Source: Octopus sinensis | Taxonomy: Eukaryota | DNA: 64,000 nucleotides | Direction of reading: 5' to 3' | NCBI RefSeq assembly: GCF_006345805.1 | Contig: NC_042998.1 | Location: 146,568,001 to 146,632,000, forward strand | Shown: positions 25,310 to 38,552 of the stretch, piece by piece | Layout: the number at the start of each line of letters is the position of its first letter | Position numbering within the stretch: position 1 is the first letter of the stretch | Notes under the pieces: generated by a model | Seen by the model: only the letters and a program-made list of their open reading frames with translations | What the model was told of the DNA's origin: nothing | The model's database searches: none | Made by a program: the position numbers and the translations under genes

Positions 25310-25378
25310 CTTGGCACAATGTCTTTCCCAACAATAACAGATGTTATAAAAGATTTAGTTTGTTCTGCACATTCCTCA
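25310..25378 (-). CDS. DAGLA: DAGLA coding exon with catalytic aspartate, phase 2-2
   Basis: ctgacag / gtaggt; 69 nt; (S)EECAEQTKSFITSVIVGKDIVP(R); follows a 21.6-kb intron and keeps the frame. Confidence 0.93.
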
Positions 25379-27005
25379 CTGTCAGAAAGAGAGAGAAAGA
25401 GTGAAGTAAACATAATTATAAAGTTGTATATTTCAATGCAATGACTCATAATATTTATACAGAAACAACATTTATTATAAATATATAAAAAAATATAATA
25501 AACAGTTAATTCTTACATCAGTAAAACATCTCAGGAGAGAGAAATAAGATTGTGTGGTATTCATTCTGTGTTTCAACTGTATAAATAAAGTGATAGCACT
25601 ACATCTGGAAATTAAAAGTAGACAATCTTACTCCTTTTCTTTTATGTTTTATTTGTTTCAGTCACTGGGCTGTAGCTATGCTGGGGCACTGCCTTGGGGG
25701 GTTTAGTCAAATAGGTTGACCCCAGTACTTATTTTTTAAAAGTTTAGAACTTATTCTATCAGTGCCTTTTGATGGACCATAAGTAATGGGGACATAAATA
25801 AATCAACCCTGATTGTCAAGCAGTGGGGAAAACACACACACACGCACAGATTTTCACGAAGTTTCTATCTACCAAATTGACTCACAAGATATTGGTTGAC
25901 CCAGGGCTATAGTAGAAGACATGTATCCAAGATGCTGTGCAGCAAGACTGAACTCAAAAACTATGTGATTGCAAGGTGAGCTTCTTAATCACACAGCCAT
26001 ACCAATCACACAACCATACCTATACACTAATTTATTTTAACCAGAAACATTAATATTTTTTAAATTGATACAAAACTCATTTTTTTATGTGAATAGTGTC
26101 AAACCAGATTTAACATTAGTTTTATTATGGATTAACACTAATTTTATTAATTTAGGAGGGATGAACAGTAAATTCTAGTCCTGCTTGGCATTAAACTCAA
26201 AACAACAACATAGCAGACTAAATAAATATGGGAAAACATCTTGTTTGCTTTTCTACATCTTCACATTACTCAAGCCCCAACAACAAATAAATTAAATATA
26301 TGTACAAATACATATTCAAACATATATTCATATATTCCAATATGTCTATTTGAAAAGTCATTTCTTTTTACAAAATTGCAAATATATCTGAGAAAACCTA
26401 ACAAAAAATGTAGCAAACATTGGATATTTTGTGCATGAACATTTGCCAAAATATGCATTAAGATCTGTTGCACTAGTAATGGTGCATGCATATAGTAGTA
26501 GATTTCCTGCAAAGTATTTCATTCTCTATTGAAAACTGATACCATTGATTAGTAAATGTTAACTTGAGAAGGTTACTCACTATTGTGATACAGTTATGGC
26601 AATTGAATATTGCTATTTTTTTTTTTTTTAATAATTAACAATTACTTTGAGACAGTTGATACCATTCACTTGTAATGTCTTCATATTTCAGTAGAAAAGA
26701 CTGCTTGCAATTGATTAATTTAAAACACAATATTTTAACTTGCTTAAGAGCAATGTTAACCTGTTGATTTAACCAGTCTTAAGGGGAATGCAAAGGCTGT
26801 GGGGGCACAGTCTGAACCTCCAGAACAAACCAATAATAAAATTACTAATGTAACCAAATAGGAAAATGCTTTAAATGATTTGAAAAAAATATTGTGTATG
26901 TGTGTGTGTGTGTACATATATATATATATATATGTGACCACGTGTGTATCGTTGGCGATTTTTTTTCCTCCGTCTTCCCTTCCTTGGAGCTTTCCTTTTC
27001 CTATG

Positions 27006-27035
27006 TTTCTGACGAAGAGCTCTGCTCAAAACGTT
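27006..27035 (+). ncRNA. Hammerhead motif relic (fourth family), truncated
   Basis: ttt-CTGACGA-A-GAGC-tct-GCTC-AAAAC-GTT: perfect stem II, G12 to A at a CpG, palindromic ACGT; stem I partner missing. Confidence 0.55.
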
Positions 27036-27602
27036 GTGTTTTCTCTTTGTGTTTTCATGTTTGGATTAACTTTTTATATATATATATATTGTATAAAGAA
27101 TCATGGGTAAGACCAAAACAATGTGAAGTAAATGCAAGGTATATCACATTTTCAAGAAATTGAAATGGAGTCATAACCCCGAAATATTGAATACAAGGTA
27201 AGTCTACATTAATTCAAATATTTGTTTTCTTGTAATTTAGCTTGCATTTACTTTGCATTGTTTTGGCCTTACCCACGATCCTTTATATAATATATTCTAC
27301 ACAATGCTTCATAGTAATCATTCCATTATATATATATGAAAAATGCTCTCTGTAAATTGCATTTATAATATGATAAAATCAATTATTGAACAGAGAAACA
27401 CATGTAACAAATGAAATAAAAGAATAACAAATTCATGCTTCATGCTTTTCTCTTATAATACATCTATGCCTGACATTATGTTAAAGCCCTATTTAAATCG
27501 CACAGTGCCCTATGGGATCATGTAACAGAAGGAGTTTAACATGATTACTATTAAGATCCACAACCAAAAGGATAATTTTGTTGCACACCTAGCGCATCCA
27601 TT

Positions 27603-27671
<69 letters not shown>

Positions 27672-28012
27672 ATATTAGAGGTGTCAAATTGTATATTTGA
27701 CACCTCTGATCTATAATGACACAATTACATTAATTTATACCTTTTGGGGACAAATCTGGAGCAGGAGAATAGTGAGACATCATCATTTAATGGCTGGATG
27801 CTTTTCCTAATGCCAATCACTCCAAGAGTGTAGTGGGTGCTTTTTATGTGCCACTGGTACTGGTGCAATTGATGTAAAACAAGCATTGGCCATGACTAGG
27901 ATCTAACTAAGCTTGACAGGTCTAAACATAATACAGTTCTATATTTAAGAGATGAGGAATTATGCACATTATTTACATTTGACAGATATTTGTCCTCATC
28001 TTGTTTGTTGTT

Positions 28013-28057
28013 ACACAACGTTTCAGCTGATATACCTTCCAGCCTTCATCAGGTGTC
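28013..28057 (-). ncRNA. Hammerhead motif, near intact
   Basis: GACAC-CTGATGA-A-GGCTG-gaaggtatat-CAGCT-GAAAC-GTT-GTGT; only C11.1 to U (G-U pair) in the catalytic region. Confidence 0.72.
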
Positions 28058-28320
28058 TTGGGGAAATTTCTAAGGTATTTTTTGATGTTATTACTATTAT
28101 TATTCAGGTCACTGCCTGGAATTGAACTCAGAATCTTGGGGTTAGTAGCCGTGCTCTTAACCACTATGGGCATATAGTGTAGTGGTTAAGAGCATGGGCT
28201 ACTAACCCCAAGATTCTGAGTTTGATTCCAGGCAGTGACCTGAATAATAATAATAATAATAATAACAACAACGTTGAAAAATATCTTAGGAATGAGAACC
28301 CAGGTTCAAAATTTCTCCAA

Positions 28321-28366
28321 GACACCTGATGAAAGCTGGAGGGTATATCAGCCGAAACATTGTGTT
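28321..28366 (+). ncRNA. Hammerhead motif, decayed copy
   Basis: GACAC-CTGATGA-A-AGCTG...CAGCC-GAAAC-ATT-GTGTT. Confidence 0.6.
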
Positions 28367-31228
28367 AACAACAAACAAGATGAGGACAAATAACCATCAA
28401 TTGTAAATAATGTAAATAAGGTCTACACATGTTCAGTATATTACCAAATGTCTCAGTCACTTGTCACTGCCTCTGTGAGGCCCAACGCTTGAATGGTGCT
28501 TTTTACATGCTACTGGCATGGATCCCAGTCAGATGGCACTGGCATCAGCCATGACTATGGTTTCACTTAGCTTGACAGGTCTTCTCAAGCACAGCATATC
28601 ACCCAATGTTTAAATGGTGCTTGAGTGTAGAAGACTTGTAACGATTGGAAAGAAATGAAGGTAGCATGCTGTGATGGATGTCAGAGCACAAATGAGCTAA
28701 AAGAAAAACTTGTTATAAGAAGAATCAGATGTAGTGTGCAAGAGAGGAGGTTGTGCTGGTACAAGCATGTGATATATATGGAGGATGACTCCAAAGTTAC
28801 CTCTATTGCTACCCAACAGCTCCTCTTAATCTCACTATCTACTGTTATACTTCTAGGATGCCCTCAAGCCTTTCTTTCCTTCACTGTACACACTGCATCC
28901 ATCTTTTGTTCCCCTTTCCTATGCCCCTGTAGTACCCTCTAGCATCCCTTTCCTTCACTACCTTCCACCTAAAACTTCCCCACATCCTTAACACTCTTTC
29001 TCATCATTCTCCATCTGCCCTGCACCACATCTTTCCTTTCTTCAATGACTCTCTCAGGATTCATCTGTACTCTAATCTATGTCCTTTTCACAAATGGTGT
29101 CTGGTGTGTTATGATTTGTTGACTTGGGTGGGTGGATGCACAACCAGGCTTTACTGTCAGGACTCACAACTGATGGTGTGTGGATGCACTGCTAGGTGGA
29201 ACCCTCCATGGCACACACTTTGGTGTTAGTCAGTTGGTCAGAGGGTACTCTGGATGGTTAGATGGTGGTTGTTTGCTTTTCCTGGGGGGGGGGGGTTCTG
29301 CACCTTCTTTAAGTTCAGGCTTGGAGTGTGACCTTCCCATGCTTGGCTGATCTGTGACCTTCCCCCATGGAGGACAACAGACCATCTCCTCTGCGCGGTA
29401 CAGATAACCACCCTTCACCTTTCCACTCTAACCCCACCTTTTTTCACAAAACCCTATCACTAATCCCTTCCCTTTTCCCTTGTTCCCTGCTATACACTAC
29501 CTAATTAGTGGTACTTGTACAACTCTTATTCTCCCCACTACTACCCATTTACAATAAAAAATCTGTTCCTCTCATCTTACTTACCCTCTTTCATCTTTCC
29601 ATCTAGAATCATTGCTCACTCTATCTTTTATTCTCTAATTAGAGGGGATACCAGACCCTTAGCTTTTCAAGTTACAAGGCAATCTTTACTAGAACCGGTG
29701 CTGTGAAAAATGCACCTAGTACGCTCTAAAAAGTGGTTGGCATTAAGAAGGGCTTCCAGTCACGGAAAATGTGCCAAAAACAGACACTGGGACATTGTGT
29801 TCCAATGTCTGTTTTAACTGCTTCCAGTGCCTTAAATTCCTGTCAAATGGTCCAATCCATGCCAGCTTTGAAACCGGATGTTAACGACAATGATGATTTT
29901 TAAAAGTGAGAAAAAAATATTCAATTGAATTTATTCCATTTGTGTTTCATTTAGTAGTTATAGCAGAAAACACATTGACATATGTGTTTGATACATGAAT
30001 AATTATTTTTATTGATCAAAGAGGTTTATGATCAAAGGTATTGATCAAGTAGGTAGTCCTGACTATGCTATCTTGTTAGGGATATCTAGTATTGCATTAT
30101 TTAATGACTTTTTCTTTTTCAAGACAGTATGGTGAGATTTGTGAGAGATTTAGCTGCTATTTCAGCAAGCTGAGCAATTATGTTGTAGTTCTCTTGCTGG
30201 CACTATATAGCTGTGATTGAATTTACTAATAGTATTCAGCTCACATTTACTGGTGGAGTTCAGAAGTATTTCCGTAACAATTAATACCTCAGCTACACCT
30301 ACCCACACTCATTGTAACAGAAGGATTGAAGAGTACACTTCACCAGTTGTCACAGTGCTTATAGCAAATATGGCTTTCTTCTACAAAAGTCAATTAGAAA
30401 TAATACAGAACAAGCTACTTGCTAATTTCATGGCCAAAGGAGAAATACTTTTTGAATGTTACAGATAAATCTCTACTTTAAGTTGAAATATAAAATGACA
30501 GACAATATTGATTACATAAATATTGATTTGTTTCCTGATTTTATCAATTTGTGTTTAATGATTAAAAATTTCAGCACTAACAATCATTGGATTGTGACTA
30601 ACATGCAAGAGTACCTTCAAGGACTTTAATTGATCAAGTTGCTTACTTCACTTTATTTCAACTTTATATTTTTTGAATGTCCCAGTTGTTTTCTGAGATA
30701 AATGAAGCAATCCAACACCAGATAATTACACATGTATACACAAGCACTGACACACACATACATACATCATCACCATCATCATTGATATAATGTTCTCTTC
30801 TCCAAGCTTGCATGGGTTATATTATACTTGACACAGATTTTTCTGCAGATGGGTGCTCTTCCTGTTGTCAACCCTTACTTGTAATATTACCAGGTAATAT
30901 TTTCTCTAAACCAGCAAATGGTTCACTGGCCAGATCATAAACAAATGATACCATTTGTATAGTGTGGTGACTTTGTTTTCAGTCAGCATGCACAAGTGGG
31001 CAAACATTAATATAAGAAGACACACACATCTATATGACAGGCTTCTTACAATTTCCATTAACTCATTTCACTCACAAAGCCTTGATATCTTAAATCCTTA
31101 TATTTTATCATTCATGTGCACTAGTATGGCACCTCTGTAGTTAAAAACAAAAACGTCAGTTGAAAGTGCCACACAGTGTGAGTGGATTCTAAACTGGATT
31201 TGAAGCAAACCACATTACCATGTGCATG

Positions 31229-31284
<56 letters not shown>

Positions 31285-31940
31285 CAGGGTGTGAAGGGTA
31301 AATTGTCACCATTTTGTATTCTTAATTTTGTGCATGCGCATTGTTTGTTTTGATTTTGTTGACTACACAGTATAGTAGGGTCAAATGACCACCGTCTGTG
31401 AGAAAAACACCACCATGATGCAATTCACTCTGCCAGAAATTTGGAAATGGCATGTTATACTGCTTGGCATTTGCACTGGAAGCTCCAATAGGAACAGATG
31501 GTGAACACACACAACAACTGTTGGCTTGCTGTTTCTCCAAAACATGTACTGAGAGTGATAAGACTTAAATATTCAGTCAACATCATGGTGTTTCGAGTGA
31601 TCACTAGTTATACCTCCATTCATATTCCCACACAGCCTCAGGCTCAACACGGAGGCCTACATCAAGTGCCTGGAGGAGGTAGTACTCCCTGGGTCAAGCA
31701 GGCGGCTGCTGAAAGATCCTATGTCTAGCAACAGGACTCTGCACCATGCTACACAAGCAGGAGAACCCAGTCATGGCTGTCACACAATTTCTGTGACCAC
31801 ATCACCCCTAACATCTGGTCACCTAACTCTCCAGACTGCAACCCCCTTGATTATTATGTGTGGGGCACAGTTGAGTGAGAGACCAACAAAACTCCTTGCA
31901 ACACCAAAGATGAACTAACAGCAAGTATTATAGCAGCATA
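31285..31940 (+). mobile_element. Tc1/mariner DD37D (maT-type) transposon relic
   Basis: TA|CAGGGTGTGAAGGG left end; QQDSAPCYTSRRTQSWLSHNFCDHITPNIWSPNSPDCNPLDYYVWG gives 37 residues between D2 and D3. Internally deleted; no right TIR seen. Confidence 0.85.
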
Positions 31941-33169
31941 GAGTAGTTATTAAAAATAATTATTGCTGTTGCACTCATTTGTGCAGCTATACTGGAACAC
32001 TACATTGAAAGGTTTTAGTTGAACAAATTGACCTCAGGACTTATTTCTTAAGCCTAGTACTTATTCTGTTGGTCACTTTTGCTGAACTGCTAAGTTATGA
32101 AGATATAAACACACCAACATTGGCTGTCAAGTGGTGATGGGGGGAGGACAAACACATACACAAAGATACACACATAGTTATATACACATACATATATATG
32201 ACATTTCTTTCAGTCTCTGCCTACCAAATCTACTCACAAGGCTTTGGTCTGCCCAAGGCTATAGTAGAAGAAATTTACCCAAGGTACCATGTAGTGGAAC
32301 CGAACCTGGAACTGTGTGGTTGGGAAGCAAGCTTCTTGCTACACCTATATATATATTTATAAAATCATCATCATTTAATGTTCACTTTTCCATGCTTACA
32401 TGGGTTAGATAGAATTCAAGGCAGATTTTTTACAACTGGATGCTCTTCCTATCACCAGCCCCCACTTGTTTCTAAGTAAGGTAATATTTCTGTATGGCTA
32501 GAAGTGTTCTCACAGAAGACTAGAAACAAATGGCACAGCTTGTATGATAATGACACTCACAGCTTACAGGGCTTTGAGTAACCTGAGGCTCTTACCCAAG
32601 ATGTCATGCAGTAGGACTGAACCCAAAACTATGTGGTTGGGAAGTAAACTAACCACACAGTCATACTTGCATCTCTCTCTCTCTCCACACATTTTTTATT
32701 AAAGTAAAGGTCAAGCAGACCTAAATTCAAAGAGGACTTGATGTGTGTGGTATAATAAGAAAGAAGTCATTCACCAGTAGAGTGTAGTTATTAAAAATAA
32801 TTATTGCTGCAGTCCCACACAATCATTTCAATATTATAACAATATAAGCTATATGTAATTGTATCAACATTTTATCAGTGAAACTCACATCTGTAAAAGA
32901 AGCTAAGTTTATAGGTAACAATGAAAATTAACGTTCATGTGGGGCAGAGATGAAAGAAAATGGTATCAGGCAATGCTGGCATGGGTTAGATGACTTGTTG
33001 GATCTGGTAAGCCAGAGAGCTGCACCAGGCTCTAGTTGTCTCTTTTGGCTTGGTTGGTATGGCTGGACGTTCTTCCTAATGTCAACTACTTTATAGAGTG
33101 TACTGGGTGTCTTTTATGTATCACTAGCATGGGTGCTTTTCTTGTGTCTCTTAGCTTGACATGTCTTCT

Positions 33170-34280
33170 AAAGCACAGCCAAGTCTTGGTCACAGAAGTC
33201 TCAGTCACTTGTCCTTGCCTCTGTGAGATTAAAAAACTGAAGATCATATTTCACCACCTTGTCCTACATCTTCTTGGGCCTACCTATTCTATGAGTTCCT
33301 CCACAATTAGAGATAGGCACTGCTTTATGCAGCTGTCCTCGTTCATACGCATTACGTGACAATACCATTGTAGTCTCCTCTTTTGCACACAACATCTGAT
33401 ATCTCTTATACCAATTTTTGCTCTTAAGAAACTTACTCTTTCATATATGCACACTGACACTGTACATCTAGTGGAGCATGCTAGGTTCTTTTCTTTCAAG
33501 CCTTTGCATGTCCTCTACAGTCACAGCCCATGTTTCACTACCATATAGTATGGCTGTTTGTACACAGGTATCATACAATCTGCCTTTTACTCTGAGGTAG
33601 ATGCCCTTTGTTGCTAACAAAGATAGAAACTCTGTGAACTTTTCCCAGCAGCTACACTCTCAGAGCATCCTTTTCCACTGCTGACTTGGTTACCTAGGTA
33701 ACAGAAGCTACTATCTGCTAATTCTAAGTACCCCACCAGGCAGTTGACAAAGTCTATTTTCTGTACATTCTTAGTGTTTATTGTACCTGCACATCTGCCA
33801 CACACAAATACTACTTTCTCTGATAAGCTTCTGATACTGCTGCACCTCTTATATATCTACAGTGTGCACTGGGTATATCTTATGGAGTTTCTACCTACAC
33901 CTTTCCTACATATAACAGCAGGGCCATTCTACCTGAAGGGATGAGTGATTTGTTTGTTTCCTACTTGTTAGAATTTAGGTCTTTGCTAAATTAACTCTAA
34001 GGCCCTTTGATTCCAGACATTGCTTCCACATCTGAAATTTCTTCTCTAGTTCTGATAGTGATTCAGCTATAAGAACAAGATCATCAGTGTAGAGGAGCTC
34101 CCAAGGGTAGCTTGACTTACATACCTTTGTTATGGCCTGGAGGACTATGATGAACAAGAGGGGGCTGAGAAGGGATCCTTGGTGAACTCCTACCTGTACA
34201 CAGAGTTCATTTCTATACTTGTTGTCGACTTTCACCTTACTGACAGTATTCCTGTACACCAACCACTCATCTAGCCCTAG
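33170..34280 (-). mobile_element. Degraded RTE LINE RT fragment
   Basis: VGVHQGSLLSPLLFIIVLQAI...PWELLYTDDLVLIAES...GLRVNLAKT, followed by a decayed Cys finger. Confidence 0.9.
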
Positions 34281-34579
34281 CTTCTGCATATATATATATA
34301 TATACATAGAGATAGTTTGAAAGAGAGAGAGAGAAAGAGGAGGAGTAGAACATGATGCTACATCAGATATTCACAAATCAATAAAGTATAATAGTATAGA
34401 AGGGATATCATGAAACTGTTATTCAATTATTGATTTCACAATTCAAAGTTATTTGTTCTGTGTGAAAAAGGGAACAAAGAACCATTTTCTGTGCAATTTT
34501 CTATTTTAGGGTGTGTGTGTGTGTGCAGTAAAACAGGTATTGTTGTTATTGATGTTGTGCTATTGTCACAGTCAATGGA

Positions 34580-34900
34580 ACTATTAATAATAATAATAAA
34601 AACAATAACAATCATAATAATAATCATAACAACAACAACAACAACAGCGGTGGTGGTGTTTGTAGATATAAATTATCAGCCATGTAATCACTGTTGCAGT
34701 CACTTCCATCATTATTGCTGCTGCTATTGTCCTCATCATCATCGTTAGTAGTAGTGGTGGTGGTAGTAGTTATAGTAATTGTATTATAGTGGTGGTTATA
34801 GTAGTTGTGGTAGTGGCAGTGATAGAGATAATAGTCATAGTAGTGGTTGTGGTGGTAACAGTAGTAATAGTAGCAGCAGGTTTTTTTGTTATTGTTGCTG
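34580..34900. repeat. Compound trinucleotide low-complexity tract (AAT, AAC, CAT, TAG, GTG)
   Basis: Directly visible. Confidence 0.85.
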
Positions 34901-36829
34901 AGTGGCCTTATTAGTTTTGAGCAAATCTTTGGCATGACTATAACTAATCAAACATTTTAAAGATATTCGGAAATTGAACATGTTTTCAGTTTTGCCTAGT
35001 TTCATATGTAACCAATACCTATTTCATTGATTTACAAGTGAATACTGGTAGTTGAACTGAAACCTGTAAGTCAGTATACCATCCAATTAATTATCTCATT
35101 AGAGGCATTATCACTGAACCAAATTTCAGTCTATATGCTAATAAGTTCTTAGAGAACATCTTACTGTGTACTCTAAGAACTTAATAGCATAAACTACCCC
35201 TTATAGTAAATATTATTTTACTGAAAGATGGTAAATTGGCAGAGATATTTGGACATTGGATAGAAGCCTTGTGGTATATGTTCTGGCTCCCTGTAACTTG
35301 AGTTCAAATCCTACTGTGGTCAACATTGCATTTTATCTTTTCAGGATCAATGGAAAAGTATGCATTAATCCAGGACAGTGATCTGGAAGGATTGTTAGAG
35401 TGTCAGGCAAGATAAGATGCAGTGCAGTATCTGTTCCAGCTTTCTGAATTTTGAGAGTTGTCCTTGACCTGTCACTATATACATTCTTTATCAGTTCAAG
35501 ATGGTAACCCTTCTCTTGGATAAACATTAGTGATGTGAAGAAAAGGGGAAACTTGCATTCAGGGGTAATTTAGTCTTCCTCAAAAATATCTTGCCCAGGC
35601 ATCCATTTCAAAACTGTCATGATCTTCAATTATCAGCTGATATATTGAATATCGCGTAACATAACTTATATACACATTATTATTCATTGTAATTCCTGTT
35701 ATTTCTATTATTTGAAATAAAATTATTAATTCTTTCATAATTATCTTTAAGAATTCAAACACTGTTGAGGTCAACCTTGACCAATGGAGGACCCTATATC
35801 TATTTTACTGCTCATGGGTGCGGATTAAGAAGAACATATTTGGTCCAAGACAGACTACAAAGTCTGCAGTACAAATAAAATATCAATAACACAAATAATG
35901 TAGAAAAGTTTGTTTCCTTAATGAAGAAGTTCATGGAAATGAAAGGAGAAATAAACACAAGCTAGATAATAATAATAATAATAATAATAATAATAGTAAT
36001 AATAATAATTGTTTGAACAGCTGATTTTTCTTTAGTATAAAGGGAGTACAATGGTGATTTATAAACCATAATGTAATAACAGTACAAAGATGGTACAAAA
36101 ACAATTATGTAAAGAAAGAAACATTGGGTGTGCAAGTAAAGTGGATGATGTGGTATATATCAAACGTGTAAGAGTTGGAGGCAGAGAGATCAAAATGTTG
36201 ATAAGAATAAGATAACAGGGTAGATGTGAGAATGATTTCAGAGATAATTGAGGGCATGCAGAATGTTATCCCATTATATCAGAGAACAATCACCTGACAG
36301 ACAAAGAGATGTATTTTACTGTACTATGAGTAGTACAACTTACATTTTTATTTATTTATCTATTTATCTGTGCCTTATTTGAATATTTTATTTTCTTATC
36401 TATTTGTTTTAGTCTCATAATTTCAATTTCTTTATTTAACTTTATAATTCATCATCCCCATCATCCTTTTTAACTTTTAATTTTATAATTTATCACTCTT
36501 ACCTTTTTGATTTCACTATACTGCAACTCCTATGCTCAATATAATCTAGTATATATACAGGGAGTCCCAAAATTAAGGCAACCAACTTTTTTCAATTTTG
36601 CCAAAGCAAAATATTTGGCATGATTTCTACAGCTGGATGCCCCTCTTAACACCAACCACTTTACAGCATGGCTTGGGTGCTTTTTTATGCCACTTACACT
36701 ATTACAGTCTCCATGCAGTTCATAAAACTAAAAATCCTGGAGAGGGTTATCGTCATGCAAGGGAACAAGGGGATTATTATGGGAGGTGGGGAGGACAGAG
36801 CAGGTTTTTGTAGAGAGATTTTCATAGCT

Positions 36830-37150
36830 ACTTACATCTAGTAGGAGAAAGGGGGAAAGAGAAAAAGAAAATGTTCAGTAGGAGCTGTAAGAAATAGATT
36901 ATGGAGGTGAGGTGTCCAAGTGGTCCCACAAGGGACAAGATGAGAAGAAATGGGTGGGTGAGTTGGCAGTTTACAAGAGTGTATGAGAAGAAGAATGAGG
37001 GGTAGAATGGGTATGAGTGAAGGATGGGTGAACAAAAGAAACCATGAGCTGAATAAGATACAAGGATGCAGAAAAAAGAGTGGGGGTTGGGAAGCAGCAG
37101 GAGTAGTAAGATGATAAAGTTGCATGTGGGGAGAAGGCCAAGGATAAAAA
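36830..37150 (-). mobile_element. Highly decayed LINE ORF2 C-terminal fragment (CR1/Jockey-like)
   Basis: Weak resemblance to the SF.P.T...WN.LP..FP motif (HLVPCGTTWTPHLHNLFLTAPTEHF). Confidence 0.3.
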
Positions 37151-37229
37151 AGAGATATGACATACACATACACACACACGCACATACATACACACAATGC
37201 TCGAAAGGATCTCAGCCATCTCACTTATG

Positions 37230-37680
37230 TGAGGTCCGCTCGAAAGGAACTCAGCCACTTTGTCTCTGTGAGGCCTGACATTCAAAGGTTGATTTTTTTT
37301 ACATGCCACCAGCACAGGTGCACTTGGCTTGATGGGTCATCTTAAGCAGAGCATATCACTAAAGGTCTCAGTCTCTAGTTATTATCTATGTGAGGTTCAA
37401 AGTCTGAAGGTCATGCTTCACTGCCTCATCTCCTCTTCCTGGGTCTACCTCTACCACAGGTCCTCTACCACAGGTCCTCTCCACAGTTAGAGATTGGCAC
37501 TTCTTTACACAACTGTCCTTGTCCATACGCATCACATGACCATACCAGTGCAGTTGTCTCTCTTGCACACCATACCCGATTCCTCTTATACCTAACTTTT
37601 CTTTTAAGATGCTTACACTTTGTTGAACATGCACACTGATATTGCACATCCAGAAAAGCATACTGGCTTCATTTCTCTCA
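37230..37680 (-). mobile_element. RTE LINE 3-prime fragment
   Basis: RNEASMLFWMCNISVHVQQSVSILKEKLGIRGIGYGVQERQLHWYGHVMRMDKDSCVKKC, homologous to the 18760-19100 region. Confidence 0.88.
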
Positions 37681-37840
37681 ATATATATCTCAATATATAT
37701 ATATCGCCAAGCTAATATGGCAGTCCAGAGAAACAGGATGAATGCTGCCATTAATTAGCTCCAAGAGACCATCACCTCTAGCTAGCTATGTGACAATCAA
37801 ATCTGCGTCCATAACAGGAGAGTTCATCAACTTCCTCTTG

Positions 37841-37898
<58 letters not shown>

Positions 37899-37913
37899 TG
37901 TTCATAATTATGA

Positions 37914-38320
37914 ACATGTTTAGAAATAGCAGTCAAAAACCACAATAAAGCCACTATTATCACTCATATCTCCTCACAATAAATGCTGTCTGCAGGTGAC
38001 ATGACATATAAAATTCACAACTTAAAAATAAAAGGTTAATTCTCTATTGCAAATTTGATATTAGGAACCTATTAAGGGCTCCATTCATTTCTTCTGGAGA
38101 ATATTCTTATCGATAGAAATTGATATAAGACCTTACCTTGGGGCCTACATGTATCTTAACTGGCAAGAATAATGTGTCAACCTCTATCCACACATTCAAA
38201 TTCTGAATTCAAACATAATGCACAGCGTTTATGAGAAAAGACCAGTAAATTTGAACCACAGCTAATAATAATGATAATAGTGGGTTTATAGTGGTTTTTG
38301 ACTGCTATTTCTAAACATGT
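37914..38320. repeat. 49-bp inverted repeats around a 309-bp spacer (MITE-like)
   Basis: acatgtttagaaatagcagtcaaaaaccacaataaagccactattatca (37914-37962) against its reverse complement at 38272-38320, two mismatches. Confidence 0.7.
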
Positions 38321-38477
38321 AAGGGTTTTTGAAACACTCTTAGTTATAACTGTGACTTGTTCATAATTATAATTCTATGTATTTTATGATAACATTTTGG
38401 GCCGTTGATATATTCATAAATAATTATTGTTTATGATATGTCCTCTGTAATGTATTATTACATTACATTTTAATTAT

Positions 38478-38549
<72 letters not shown>

Positions 38550-38552
<3 letters not shown>

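Larger units (their letters stand above)
27933..28418. mobile_element. Palindromic twin tRNA-head / hammerhead retroelement, copy B
   Basis: Inverted arms meet at ccactat|gggcatat; (AAT)n after each head; HHR motifs at 28013-28057 (-) and 28321-28366 (+); 12-bp TSD aggtctaaacat (27918-27929) / aggtctacacat (28419-28430). Confidence 0.88.

Noticed and set aside
26756-26941. Hydrophobic signal-peptide-like ORF
   Set aside because: Starts inside a microsatellite; no homology or splice support.
27930-28418. Reading the palindromic elements as Tc1/mariner MITEs because one end is TA-CAGT
   Set aside because: Only one arm has that end, and all three copies show 12-bp TSDs rather than TA.
35333-35774. 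Two adjacent minus-strand ORFs as coding sequence
   Set aside because: No recognisable motif; one runs into a SINE; not compatible with the DAGLA exon chain.
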